57,774 nucleotides of DNA from Sphingobacterium thalpophilum. GTDB lineage: Bacteria; Bacteroidota; Bacteroidia; B-17B0; Aurantibacillaceae. How positions within the stretch are numbered: position 1 is the first letter of the stretch; every line of letters starts with the position of its first letter. The stretch lies in contig CALPON020000001.1 of the NCBI GenBank assembly GCA_943325195.2, positions 1 to 57,774 on the forward strand, read 5' to 3'. Shown here one piece after another: positions 1-9,354 of the stretch. The notes beneath the pieces were generated by a model. The model searched no databases, had not been told where the DNA came from, and saw nothing but the letters and a program-made list of their open reading frames with translations. The position numbers were made by a program, and so were the translations under genes.

Positions 1-545
1 GCGATTACGCCACTGTAGAGGGCATAATTGGCGGCAGGATTTGGCTGTTGCGGCTTGTTGTCATTTTGGTTTCGTTGCGGCTGATTGTAGCGCGGCTGAG
101 GTGCTGGTTTTGGTACTTCCTCTTTCATCAATTCTTTTGTCCCGTTGGCATAGCGTAACTGAAAAAGATCCGATTTTCGACTAACATAGACCGGACCGGA
201 AAGATTATCACAGCGTTTATAGCGCACTTCGCTGCTACTCACTTCAATTATACGGGTGCGCAGTTCGGTGCCGTCTCTAAAAATAATGACATCACAACTA
301 TCTTCCTGAGGCATAGAAATAAGAACTTTATTGGACGCCAGAGATAAGTCTGGCTGGTCTGTTCTTGCATCAGCTGACAGGTAGGCCGGATCAGGCTGTG
401 GGACAGTGACCTGCTTTTTCGCAGCAGGCGATTTAGAAGGAACAGAAGCGTCCCGGCTAACATAAAAGCCTTTCTGATAATGGCGCTTTTGCACAGAGCA
501 GGAAACGATTAGCAGAATGCAAAGACTTGCGAAAAAGTATTTCAT
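1..545 (-). CDS. Lipoprotein of unknown function, 3' end outside window
   Basis: Not in the ORF track because it is open at the window edge. Manual translation from ATG at 545 gives MKYFFASLCILLIVSC (lipobox) SVQKRHYQKGFY..., then a DVIIFRDGTELRTRIIEVSSSEVRYKRC..YANG domain. Confidence 0.8.
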   Translation of the reverse strand, partial: MKYFFASLCILLIVSCSVQKRHYQKGFYVSRDASVPSKSPAAKKQVTVPQPDPAYLSADARTDQPDLSLASNKVLISMPQEDSCDVIIFRDGTELRTRIIEVSSSEVRYKRCDNLSGPVYVSRKSDLFQLRYANGTKELMKEEVPKPAPQPRYNQPQRNQNDNKPQQPNPAANYALYSGVI

Positions 546-554
546 ACGACGAAG

Positions 555-1415
555 TTAAAAACAATATCCGACTAGAAAACCCGTCCAAAAATAAAAACCT
601 ACAGGGTCTGAAATGGGATTCACAGGCTTATTATCGACGGGTCGTCTAATTTTAAATGGTACAAAGTCTGCACAGAGACCCAGTGACGTAAAAACCGAGA
701 GCTGAAGTCGTGATTTGGTCCGCAGCAAGTAGCCTGTTGTCACGCTCAGGGACATGCGGCTAAGGATCGATTTTTTAACAATTAGAGGGCTGTTCGTATA
801 AGGCAAAAGGACTTGTTCACCCCGAAAAAACTGCGCCCTCAAGACAGGACCAATGAAAAAATTAGCTTTTGAACGGTAGCTGGGAAAATAATTCAATCCA
901 ATGCCCGTGTCAAACAATTTATGCTGGACGGTATAATTGAAGTTGTTTTTGAAGTAATATTTTTGAGTCAGCACGGGGCGGTCCAAGCCAATTGTAAATG
1001 GGATAATAAGGCTGAGGTGTTTATGCAGATACTCCCGCTGAAAAAGCAGGCCAAATTCACGATTAATAAAACAGAGGTAATTAACAGCAATGCTTTTGGG
1101 CCGAGAGAAATAACGCAGAGAGTCCTCTGCCCTGTAGTATTTTCTTTCTCTGCTACCTATGTTTTCCACTTTGGGTTTTGAGGCCGGTTCAAATTTCTGT
1201 AGAAAGCCATTTTCGAGTCGGATGTAGGCTAGTTCTCCTGATTTCGCTGAAAGGGTGACGGAGCTGGCGGGCGCTTGATAACGAATATAGTCAGAATGAA
1301 TTTCTATTATTTTCACTAGGGAGCGGGAACTATCGCGCCGTACTATTAAATCCTGCGCAGCGACGGGCAGCGCATAAAACAAAATAAATAAGAAGACACA
1401 GGCTATCTGCTTCAT
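555..1415 (-). CDS. Hypothetical outer-membrane protein with a small N-terminal beta domain and a probable beta-barrel
   Basis: Signal peptide ending AA-Q, alternating amphipathic strands, and C-terminal ...LVGYCF with a terminal Phe (BAM-type signal). Confidence 0.6.
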   Translation of the reverse strand: MKQIACVFLFILFYALPVAAQDLIVRRDSSRSLVKIIEIHSDYIRYQAPASSVTLSAKSGELAYIRLENGFLQKFEPASKPKVENIGSRERKYYRAEDSLRYFSRPKSIAVNYLCFINREFGLLFQREYLHKHLSLIIPFTIGLDRPVLTQKYYFKNNFNYTVQHKLFDTGIGLNYFPSYRSKANFFIGPVLRAQFFRGEQVLLPYTNSPLIVKKSILSRMSLSVTTGYLLRTKSRLQLSVFTSLGLCADFVPFKIRRPVDNKPVNPISDPVGFYFWTGFLVGYCF

Positions 1416-1504
1416 CTGGTAAGTATCATTTAAAAGTAGTGAAAAAACCTGAGAAATTCGGTTTTATTCTCACCGGTAAAGCCTCTTTGCAGGCAGTAAT
1501 TGTT

Positions 1505-1512
1505 TAATTTTG
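1505..1512 (+). promoter_or_regulatory. Bacteroidota -7 promoter box TAATTTTG
   Basis: Exact TAnnTTTG match 5 nt upstream of ATG 1518. Confidence 0.6.
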
Positions 1513-1517
1513 CGGGT

Positions 1518-2087
1518 ATGAAAACTTTCTTTAGGTATTTTATTCAGGGACTTATTCTGTTTATACCGCTGATCATCACTTTAGGCATTGTCCTTCAGAT
1601 GTTTTACTTTTTTGAAGGCCTTTTTTCTTTTGTCGGCTTCACGAGCAGTCCATTTGTGAACACAGCAGTGGGTTTGTTGATGACTCTTGGGGTGATCACC
1701 GTTTTAGGTGTGCTGGCCTCTTCCTATGTCTTTAAGCAGATTTTCAGTTATTTTGAAGAAAAACTCGAACATGCCCCATTTATCCGTCACATTTACAGTC
1801 CGATAAAGGATTTTACGAATGCCTTTGTTGGGAATAAAAAGAAGTTTAATAAGCCGGTGCTGGTCCTGACCAATCCCGCGGCCAATATTCAACAGATTGG
1901 ATTTATTACGAAAGAGGATCTCAGCGACTTAAAGGTGGTGGATCGGGTGGCTGTTTATCTTCCTTTTTCTTACAGCTTAAGCGGGCAATTGATTATTGTG
2001 CCGGTGGGTCAGGTCGAAGTGCTTCCTATGCAGGCAACTGACGTTATGAAATTTGTGGTGAGCGGTGGCGTGACGGATGTGGATTGA
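1518..2087 (+). CDS. DUF502 family membrane protein
   Basis: Two N-terminal TM helices, PFIRHIYSPIKD, IGFIT, AVYLPFSYSLSG and VVSGG motifs. Start moved to ATG 1518. Confidence 0.85.
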   Translation: MKTFFRYFIQGLILFIPLIITLGIVLQMFYFFEGLFSFVGFTSSPFVNTAVGLLMTLGVITVLGVLASSYVFKQIFSYFEEKLEHAPFIRHIYSPIKDFTNAFVGNKKKFNKPVLVLTNPAANIQQIGFITKEDLSDLKVVDRVAVYLPFSYSLSGQLIIVPVGQVEVLPMQATDVMKFVVSGGVTDVD

Positions 2088-2127
2088 CCGTTCATCCTAA
2101 AGTAGCTGTCATCATCTTATTGAATTG

Positions 2128-2135
2128 TATTTTTG
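2128..2135 (+). promoter_or_regulatory. -7 promoter box TATTTTTG
   Basis: TAnnTTTG match upstream of ATG 2151. Confidence 0.5.
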
Positions 2136-2150
2136 TTTTTAAACACCATT

Positions 2151-3104
2151 ATGGGCAATCTTCTCGAGATTAAAAATGTAAGCAAGCACTACAGTAATCA
2201 TGTGGCGTTAAAGAACGTTTCTCTGGCTGTGCCGGAGGGTTCTGTCTTTGGCCTACTTGGTCCAAATGGTGCCGGGAAAACCAGCTTGATCCGCATTATT
2301 AATCAGATTACGGGACCAGATTCCGGAGAAATTTTTCTCAAAGGTGAGAAACTACAGCCCGCACATGTCGAAAAAATTGGGTATTTACCCGAAGAACGTG
2401 GGCTCTATAAAAAGATGAGTGTGCATGATCAGGTCCTTTATCTGGCCAGATTAAAAGGTCTTAGTCGCGATGAAGCACTCAAGCGCATGAGGTTTTGGTT
2501 TTCCCGTTTTGAAATGGAAGGCTGGCGAAAAAAAAAGATTGAAGAATTAAGTAAAGGCATGCAGCAGAAGGTCCAGTTTATTGTGACCGTTATACACGAG
2601 CCAGAACTATTGATACTTGATGAGCCGTTTAGCGGCTTCGACCCAATCAATGCCCAATTGATTCGAGATGAGATTATGGAACTTCGGAATAAAGGTGCCA
2701 CGGTTATTTTTTCCACTCATAACATGGGTAGTGTGGAGGAGATGTGTGACCACATTGCCTTACTGAATAAGGCAGAGAAAATTCTGGATGGAACGGTGAA
2801 AGAAATTCGTCAGCAATTCCGCACGAACACCTACCGCATTACCTTTAAGGGACCGGCGATTGGGTTTGCGAATGCATTGTGGGCAGGTGGCGAAATTCTG
2901 GACAAAAAGCAGGACGATGGACTAAATATTTTCACTGTACGTCTCAATCCTAATTTTACTATTAATCAGCTCTTAAGTTCTGTCCTGCCCGTATGTGAAA
3001 TTCACGGCTTATCGGAGATTATTCCCGGCATGAATGATATTTTCATTATGAAGGTGAAAAAGGAAAACGAAGTGTTAGGAACAAAAAGTAATTATACCGA
3101 ATAG
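2151..3104 (+). CDS. ABC transporter ATP-binding protein (NatA/YhaQ-like)
   Basis: Walker A GPNGAGKT, GYLPEERGLY, signature LSKGMQQK, Walker B LILDEPFSG, H-loop STH. Start taken as ATG 2151. Confidence 0.92.
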   Translation: MGNLLEIKNVSKHYSNHVALKNVSLAVPEGSVFGLLGPNGAGKTSLIRIINQITGPDSGEIFLKGEKLQPAHVEKIGYLPEERGLYKKMSVHDQVLYLARLKGLSRDEALKRMRFWFSRFEMEGWRKKKIEELSKGMQQKVQFIVTVIHEPELLILDEPFSGFDPINAQLIRDEIMELRNKGATVIFSTHNMGSVEEMCDHIALLNKAEKILDGTVKEIRQQFRTNTYRITFKGPAIGFANALWAGGEILDKKQDDGLNIFTVRLNPNFTINQLLSSVLPVCEIHGLSEIIPGMNDIFIMKVKKENEVLGTKSNYTE

Positions 3105-3106
3105 TC

Positions 3107-4444
3107 ATGAGTAAAATAGGATTGATAATTGGCCGGGAACTGAAATCAAAGATCTTTAACAAGACCTTTATTGTGATGACCCTTCTGGCGCCATTGCTAA
3201 TTACAGCATTCATTGCGTTTACCATTAAGATGTCCCAGTCTGACAAAACGGAGCAAAATGTGCTGGTCATCGACGAGTCGGGACTTTTCAAAGGGCGGCT
3301 TAGCGGCAACGAATACATTAAGTTGAGTTTTAGTTCGCAGGATTTGTCAAGCGCTTCTGCTGATTTTTTTAACAAGGGCTACACTTGTCTTCTTTGGGTT
3401 GCACCAAATATTATTGAAGGCGGAGCGGGCGCAACTAAACTTTTTTATAAAAAATCACCGGGCTTTGCGTTTCAAACATACATGAAGAATCAGATGGAAA
3501 AGATTATTTATGAAGATAAATTGAAAGCGAACAACATTGATCCCAATGTCATTAATAATTCGAAACAAAATGTGCGAATTATCATGGAGAAGGTCAATGA
3601 CCTTGGGAAGAGTGAGGAGCAGAGTGGGATGGGCCTTATCGGATTTCTCTCGGGGGCTATTATGTTTATCTTTATTTTGATGTATGGCATGATGGTCTTC
3701 AGAAGTGTCATGGAGGAAAAAACCAACCGTATTGTGGAGGTCATTGTGTCTTCTGTGAAACCCTTTGAGCTCATGTTGGGAAAAATTCTAGGCGTTGCTA
3801 TTCTCGGTATTATGCAATTTGTGGTCATGGGTCTCATCACCTTATTGTTGAGTACTATTCTCTCAACAGTCTTTCTAAAAGATGCCACCAGTCAGCTCAA
3901 GGTTTTTAAAGAACAGCAGGAGTTAGTGAAAAAGAACGGCGCTAATGTAGATTTCAGTAAACTGGAGAAGTTTGATGATCAACTCGAGCTATTTGATTTG
4001 ATGCAGAAAATACAAAAGATTAATTTTTTAGAAGTGTTTATCTGTTTCTTATTGTTTTTTATCGGAGGCTACTTGTTTTACAGCAGCATCATGGCGGCGA
4101 TTGGCTCGGCGGTCGACAGTGAGGCCGACTCACAGCAGTTTATCACACCGGTGATGATTCCATTGATGATTGGTTATTTGATTTCAACAAAAACAATTAT
4201 AGATCCGGATTCAAGCACCGTATTTTGGGGATCAATGATACCCTTTACCTCACCGATTGTAATGATGAGTCGCATTACCAGCGGCGTTCCTTTGTGGGAG
4301 CTAGTTCTGTCTATTGTCATTTTATTCGCCTCTTTCTTCCTGATGACCTGGCTCGCTGCACGAATATACCGGACTGGTATCCTTATGTACGGCAAGAAGA
4401 CTAGCTGGCGCGAGATTGGTAAATGGCTCTTTTACAAAGGGTAG
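3107..4444 (+). CDS. ABC-2 type transporter permease (NatB/YhaP-like)
   Basis: N-terminal TM, large periplasmic loop, VMEEKTNRIVEVIVSSV motif, GKILG, several C-terminal TMs and IYRTGILMYG. Starts 2 bp after the ATPase gene. Confidence 0.9.
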   Translation: MSKIGLIIGRELKSKIFNKTFIVMTLLAPLLITAFIAFTIKMSQSDKTEQNVLVIDESGLFKGRLSGNEYIKLSFSSQDLSSASADFFNKGYTCLLWVAPNIIEGGAGATKLFYKKSPGFAFQTYMKNQMEKIIYEDKLKANNIDPNVINNSKQNVRIIMEKVNDLGKSEEQSGMGLIGFLSGAIMFIFILMYGMMVFRSVMEEKTNRIVEVIVSSVKPFELMLGKILGVAILGIMQFVVMGLITLLLSTILSTVFLKDATSQLKVFKEQQELVKKNGANVDFSKLEKFDDQLELFDLMQKIQKINFLEVFICFLLFFIGGYLFYSSIMAAIGSAVDSEADSQQFITPVMIPLMIGYLISTKTIIDPDSSTVFWGSMIPFTSPIVMMSRITSGVPLWELVLSIVILFASFFLMTWLAARIYRTGILMYGKKTSWREIGKWLFYKG

Positions 4445-4635
4445 AAACGCTATGCTTTTAAACCCTAACGGATAGTGCCGCAGCAGCTATGTCTGCTTGT
4501 TTATCCCACTTAGAAAAGCTAATGTAATGTCGGGTCTACTAAGCGATTGAACTTTTAATGAATCTGAACTTGAATTTATCAAGACTCATTTAAGCTGTGC
4601 TTAGTAAAAAAGAAGCGTGTACTATTTCAGGAACA

Positions 4636-6060
4636 CTAAATAAACTTACACTTTTTACTGGCGAAGGCGCACATCCGCAAAAGGATGACGCCATGCTTAA
4701 AGCGACTGATATTTGTGCTGCCATAGGTTCTTTCTCGGTAACGAATTGGGACCTCGACAATTTTAAGGTTCAGCTTATGGGCGCCAAAAAGTAAATCAAA
4801 ATCCCCGAAAGGATCGAATTCGCCAAAGTACTTCCGATTAGCGGTGAGTTTTACATAGTCTTCACGAAACATCACTTTTGTGCCGCACAAGGTATCCTTA
4901 AAGCGCTGGTCGAGCAGCCATGTAAAAGCCCAAGAGAAGAAATGATTGCCAAGATAGTTCAGGAAGCGCATCGCTTCTTTATCCATCGGGTAAACTAGAC
5001 GCGTGCCATTTATGAAGTCTCCCTTACTGCTCGCAATCGCATTATAAAATTTAGGAAGATCTTCCGGTGGCACGGTCAGATCGGCGTCCAGAATCATCAG
5101 GATATCGCCGCTGGCAATTTTATACCCTTCCCGCACTGCATCGGCTTTTCCTTTACCCTTTTGCTGTGCGATTTTGATATCGTGAGAGGCAGCATATTTT
5201 TTTTGAATCTCCTGAATTTTTTCCCAGGTATCATCCGTGCTATTGCCTTCTACAAAAATAATTTCTGTGTGTTTGCCAAATTGCGGGAGACGAAGGATGG
5301 CATTTTCAATGTTACCACTTTCATTTCTTGCAGGTATAACAACGGTGGTACTGTATTTACTTTCGTAGTGCGCTTCGTTGGTTTGTGCCAGCGGTTTTGC
5401 AAAACTGTAGATATTAAGACTAAAAAAACGGAAGAAGGGGAATTTAGCGAGGTACCGGTTTAAGATGGTAGAGAGCAGAGGAATAAAAAAGGGAAAAATT
5501 AGGCGTTTACTGTTGCGGTAAACATCAAATCCAGAGACAAAAAGTAGATTGTTGATGTCCCTTGTACTGAGCCAGTTTTGTGTCGGGGTCTTTTGTTTAA
5601 GTCCGACCAGTTCAGATAATTTGATGAGAGGTTCCCAAAAGCTATTGTAAAATTGAACAATTACTTTCGTGTTGGCATGGCAGCATTTATGAACTTGTTC
5701 GAAGACGTTTTGAATATCATCCACAAAGCCAATCAGATTGCTGATGACAATGAGGTCGTATTTTTTATCCAGCTGCAGGGCATTTGCATCCATCTGAAGG
5801 AATTCAATATTTTTGCCGGCATGCTTTTCTTTGGCCCATTGAATATAGGCTGCACTAAAATCAATTCCTGTTTTATGATTGCCCTCAATGGAGGCTAGCA
5901 GGTCGCCATTGCCGCAGCCGACTTCCAGCACAGAACTGTCCTGATGAGAAAAATAACTCACGTACTGCGTTATTTCGCGCCAGTAATACCTGCTGAAACG
6001 GCGTTCTTTGCGTTTCGCACCAATTTTATTAAAGTAGTCTGAAAGCTTACTTCCCTCCAT
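4636..6060 (-). CDS. Class I SAM methyltransferase / GT2 (DPM1-like) glycosyltransferase fusion
   Basis: N-terminal VLEVGCGNG SAM motif. C-terminal VVIPARNESGNI, STDDT, GKADAV, ILDADL (DxD), DTLCGTK and EVPIRYRER motifs. Confidence 0.88.
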   Translation of the reverse strand: MEGSKLSDYFNKIGAKRKERRFSRYYWREITQYVSYFSHQDSSVLEVGCGNGDLLASIEGNHKTGIDFSAAYIQWAKEKHAGKNIEFLQMDANALQLDKKYDLIVISNLIGFVDDIQNVFEQVHKCCHANTKVIVQFYNSFWEPLIKLSELVGLKQKTPTQNWLSTRDINNLLFVSGFDVYRNSKRLIFPFFIPLLSTILNRYLAKFPFFRFFSLNIYSFAKPLAQTNEAHYESKYSTTVVIPARNESGNIENAILRLPQFGKHTEIIFVEGNSTDDTWEKIQEIQKKYAASHDIKIAQQKGKGKADAVREGYKIASGDILMILDADLTVPPEDLPKFYNAIASSKGDFINGTRLVYPMDKEAMRFLNYLGNHFFSWAFTWLLDQRFKDTLCGTKVMFREDYVKLTANRKYFGEFDPFGDFDLLFGAHKLNLKIVEVPIRYRERTYGSTNISRFKHGVILLRMCAFASKKCKFI

Positions 6061-6126
6061 AAATGAGGGCTAAAGATAGTCAAAAGTTCCAAACCGTTAC
6101 ATTCGCTTGGGGCTTGAAATAGGGCA

Positions 6127-6876
6127 TTATACTTTCTCCACCGTGATGGTGCAGAATAAACCCAGCTGGCGGCTGAAAGGTGAAAGCAGCCACTCAGCAA
6201 ATTTGACTAGAGGATAAAAGAAGGAAGGTAACAGAGCACTGCGGGATACACCGCCGCTCAAAACATAAGAGAAGGGCGAATGATAGCGCACGGAGTTGAT
6301 GTTGAGCTGGGGATAGTCTGTTTTAAACGTCTGCAAATCGCGTTCAAAATAAATATAAGGTAAGGCCTGATTGCTATTCGACAGTGGATTTCCAGGCGCA
6401 ATTTCAGGACCTGCTAATTCATCAAAGGGTTCATGATGAAAACGTTTATAGATAAAACGTGCTAGTCCAGAATTGGCGGGTTCAATCATGATTATTTTCC
6501 CTCCTTTGACCAGACAACGCTCTGCCTCTGCCAAGAAAAGATAAGGGCGGGGAATGTGATGAAATACATTCAGCATCACGATGCCATCGAGGCTGCTATC
6601 TTCGAAAGGTAGTTCTTCAGCACTAAATACTTGGTCGACCAAGGGCAGAGAGAGAATATCGCTGGTGATCACAGTTGGCATCACCTCCTTTAAAAAGCCA
6701 CCTCCCGATCCAATTTCTAACACCTTACTATCTTGATTTTTTTGCAGGGACCTGAATTCAGCGTACCAGTGCTCGTATATTTTTTTCAGAAATGGTTTTC
6801 TGAGAATGATGTCCCGATGTGCTAGCGTCGTGCGAGGATCATCCAAGGGGTAAGGGATCTTATATTTAGTGAACAT
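6127..6876 (-). CDS. Class I SAM-dependent methyltransferase
   Basis: VLEIGSGGG, LPFEDSSLD, VFHHI and LVKGG motifs. Start taken as ATG 6876 (MFTKYKIPY), overlapping the upstream stop. Confidence 0.85.
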   Translation of the reverse strand: MFTKYKIPYPLDDPRTTLAHRDIILRKPFLKKIYEHWYAEFRSLQKNQDSKVLEIGSGGGFLKEVMPTVITSDILSLPLVDQVFSAEELPFEDSSLDGIVMLNVFHHIPRPYLFLAEAERCLVKGGKIIMIEPANSGLARFIYKRFHHEPFDELAGPEIAPGNPLSNSNQALPYIYFERDLQTFKTDYPQLNINSVRYHSPFSYVLSGGVSRSALLPSFFYPLVKFAEWLLSPFSRQLGLFCTITVEKV

Positions 6877-7615
6877 GTTTACGGCTGGCCAAAATATTAA
6901 AGTAATGTGCTTCTCCGAGTTTTTCAAGGGAGGCCGCTTGCTGCAGGTCGAAGCTTCGTAACTGATTTCCGTCAAAAAGCCAGATTTGAAATCCCAGTCC
7001 CTGCAGAGCAGTAACGTAAGCGCTTGCAGATGAGCCGGCTTTCTGAAGACCGTATGGCCAGAACTCGGAAATCAATACAATGTCTTTATTTTGATGCAAA
7101 CAGTTGAACATGCCCTGAAGTGCCTGCATCTCAAAACCCTGAATATCTATTTTAATCAGATCGACTGCTCCGGGATACGCTTTTAAATAATCGTCCAGCG
7201 CCACAGCAGGGACTTCGGTGACAGAGGCATAGTGTTCCGGCTCATAACTGCGGTGGTCTACATTCAGGGCCGGAGAGGTGTAAAACTTCAGTACTTCCGT
7301 TTTAGCGGAAACGGCTTTTTGATTCAGTGTAATATTTTTCTTCCCAGTACAGGCTTTCTGCAGATACATGAAATTTATACGATCGGGTTCAAAGCAATGT
7401 ACGTTCCCCGCTTCACCACAAAGTTCTGAAATAATACCTGCATAAAAACCAATGTTAGCGCCTATATCCACAACTCGGGCACCTGGTCGTATTAATTTTT
7501 TAAGCAAATCAATCTCAAACTTGTCCTGTTTATTTTTAAACACGTAATAAAGGGGACGGTACAGGAAGAAAGCGTTTTTGTAAAGAAAATTTCCAAATTT
7601 AATACTGAATGACAT
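6866..7615 (-). CDS. FkbM family methyltransferase
   Basis: VVDIGANIG, FEP and IKIDIQGFE motifs. Start taken as ATG 7615 (MSFSIKFG). Confidence 0.9.
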   Translation of the reverse strand: MSFSIKFGNFLYKNAFFLYRPLYYVFKNKQDKFEIDLLKKLIRPGARVVDIGANIGFYAGIISELCGEAGNVHCFEPDRINFMYLQKACTGKKNITLNQKAVSAKTEVLKFYTSPALNVDHRSYEPEHYASVTEVPAVALDDYLKAYPGAVDLIKIDIQGFEMQALQGMFNCLHQNKDIVLISEFWPYGLQKAGSSASAYVTALQGLGFQIWLFDGNQLRSFDLQQAASLEKLGEAHYFNILASRKHVH

Positions 7616-7625
7616 GCTTGCTTTT

Positions 7626-9305
7626 TTAATGATAAACGAATTCAAAGACCTGACACTCTTCGTATTCGCCCTCGGTATGGACCAAACGCAATTTCTGTGG
7701 GTATTTTTCCATGACGGGGTAGAGTATGTGGTGAATGGTATTAATCACCCCCATGCCCGGTTCCCTGGGATTGGCGCGCAGGTTAGCGAGCATCACATGG
7801 GTCACTTTGTTTTTTTCAAAATATGCTAGTGCGCTGTCGGGATTTGACTGACGGGTGGCAGTGTCGCGATGCACCACACTGTATACGGGAAAAAATTTCT
7901 TGCCATGTCCGTATACAAAACTCATGGGCGCCTTCCGACTGGCGACAAGCGATTTTTCCGGCAGATTATCAGCACACCATTCACTGCACTTAAGAAAATT
8001 CTGCCAGTCTGGTGTATAACCAAAAAATTTGTCACCTTTTAAATTACGTTTTATAATTGGGACATTGGCGACGCCTCGTTTAAAGGAAGAAATGACCACG
8101 GAACCGCTGACCAGAATAGCCAGCGAAAGGTACAGGGCATACCATTGTTTTTGTTTCATGGCAGCATACAGCCCGTAGAACATCATAATCAGTACTACTG
8201 GCATTCCCACCAAGGTAATCCGCGCCTGATCCCAGCGTACCTGTAGGATAACAAATGACAGTGCTAATTGCGCTCCGGTGAATAAAGAAAAAAGCAGCAT
8301 TTCTCTTCGCTTATCTTTTACTAACTGCCAGAAGCCGAAAAGGGCAATGGCGAGGGTAATTACAGTCAGGTAGCCATTGGTCTCTGTCGCCAATTCCTGT
8401 TTCCAGCCAATCAATTGGTAAAAACGTTTACTTAAGGAAAGATCAATATTTTCAATAAAGCGAACAATAAAACCTGCGGCGTCTTCTTGTCCCAAGGAGG
8501 TGTCATAGGGGTCTTTTTGAAAGAGAATCTTACTCTGACCCTTAAATTGATTATCGGCATGCCAGATTGTTTTTACGAGGACTTCGTACGGCAATTTAAA
8601 AATGAGATAGCTGACGAAACTGAAGGCGGCTGCTTTCCAGTTTTTTTCCAGCGCAAAAAACAGTAAAACAGCTGGCAGCACAACCACGGCACCGCTTTTC
8701 AGTGTGCTAATCAGAAACATGGCTGCGCCGAGGAGCAACCAGTTTTTCCATTGTAATTTATAATCGGCTCCCTGCGTTGCGAGTTTGTCAAGAATTAAGA
8801 CGGCGGCATAAAAGAACAAACCCTGCAGAAAAAAGTAAAAGGCTTCTGTGAAGGTCATGCTGGCGTAATAAATAATGAGATAATTGCAGGCCTGAAAAAT
8901 GATAACAGGTAGAAACACCACAGCAGGAATGCGCTGACGCACTGCTTTGTAGAATAAAACAAAACCTGCCAAATTCAGAAGGGCAGAAAATAGTTTAAAA
9001 ATAATGAGTTTAAATCCGAGTATTTTTATCAACAGCGCCAGTACAAGGGGATATAGCGGGGCATTCTGGGTATAGAAATAATTTGGAAATTCACTCACAA
9101 ACCGCCAGCCACCTTCCAGATAGAGGGCGTCATCGTGGGCTTCACTAATGCGCGCATTAAAAGAAATAAAAGTCAATAAAATGGTACAGATAACTAAAGA
9201 GAAAAAAAGTCTGCGTTCATTTTTATTGGTCCACGCTTCAATTTTTCCAAACAAACCTTGTTCGTTTTCAACTTTGCCTGTTCCTGCTTTTTTTTGGTTC
9301 GCCAT
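7626..9305 (-). CDS. GT-C fold (ArnT/PMT_2, GT39/83-like) membrane glycosyltransferase
   Basis: About 11 TM helices, acidic HDDALY after TM1, PLYP, TEA, LK and QARI motifs, and a C-terminal periplasmic domain. Start taken as ATG 9305 (MANQKK). Confidence 0.7.
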   Translation of the reverse strand: MANQKKAGTGKVENEQGLFGKIEAWTNKNERRLFFSLVICTILLTFISFNARISEAHDDALYLEGGWRFVSEFPNYFYTQNAPLYPLVLALLIKILGFKLIIFKLFSALLNLAGFVLFYKAVRQRIPAVVFLPVIIFQACNYLIIYYASMTFTEAFYFFLQGLFFYAAVLILDKLATQGADYKLQWKNWLLLGAAMFLISTLKSGAVVVLPAVLLFFALEKNWKAAAFSFVSYLIFKLPYEVLVKTIWHADNQFKGQSKILFQKDPYDTSLGQEDAAGFIVRFIENIDLSLSKRFYQLIGWKQELATETNGYLTVITLAIALFGFWQLVKDKRREMLLFSLFTGAQLALSFVILQVRWDQARITLVGMPVVLIMMFYGLYAAMKQKQWYALYLSLAILVSGSVVISSFKRGVANVPIIKRNLKGDKFFGYTPDWQNFLKCSEWCADNLPEKSLVASRKAPMSFVYGHGKKFFPVYSVVHRDTATRQSNPDSALAYFEKNKVTHVMLANLRANPREPGMGVINTIHHILYPVMEKYPQKLRLVHTEGEYEECQVFEFVYH

Positions 9306-9311
9306 ATCAGG

Positions 9312-9319
9312 CAAAAATA
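9312..9319 (-). promoter_or_regulatory. -7 promoter box TATTTTTG for the GT-C gene
   Basis: Reverse complement reads TATTTTTG-CCTGAT-ATG. Confidence 0.6.
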
Positions 9320-9354
9320 ATATTTTTTAAGGCATGGTCACCATTTAGCCGCAA

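Noticed and set aside
4445-4635. 191-bp gap between convergent genes sharing an 11-mer (ACCCTAACGGA) with the 31.5-kb gap
   Set aside because: No stable hairpin, tRNA or known ncRNA pattern seen. 11-mer matches are expected by chance in 58 kb.
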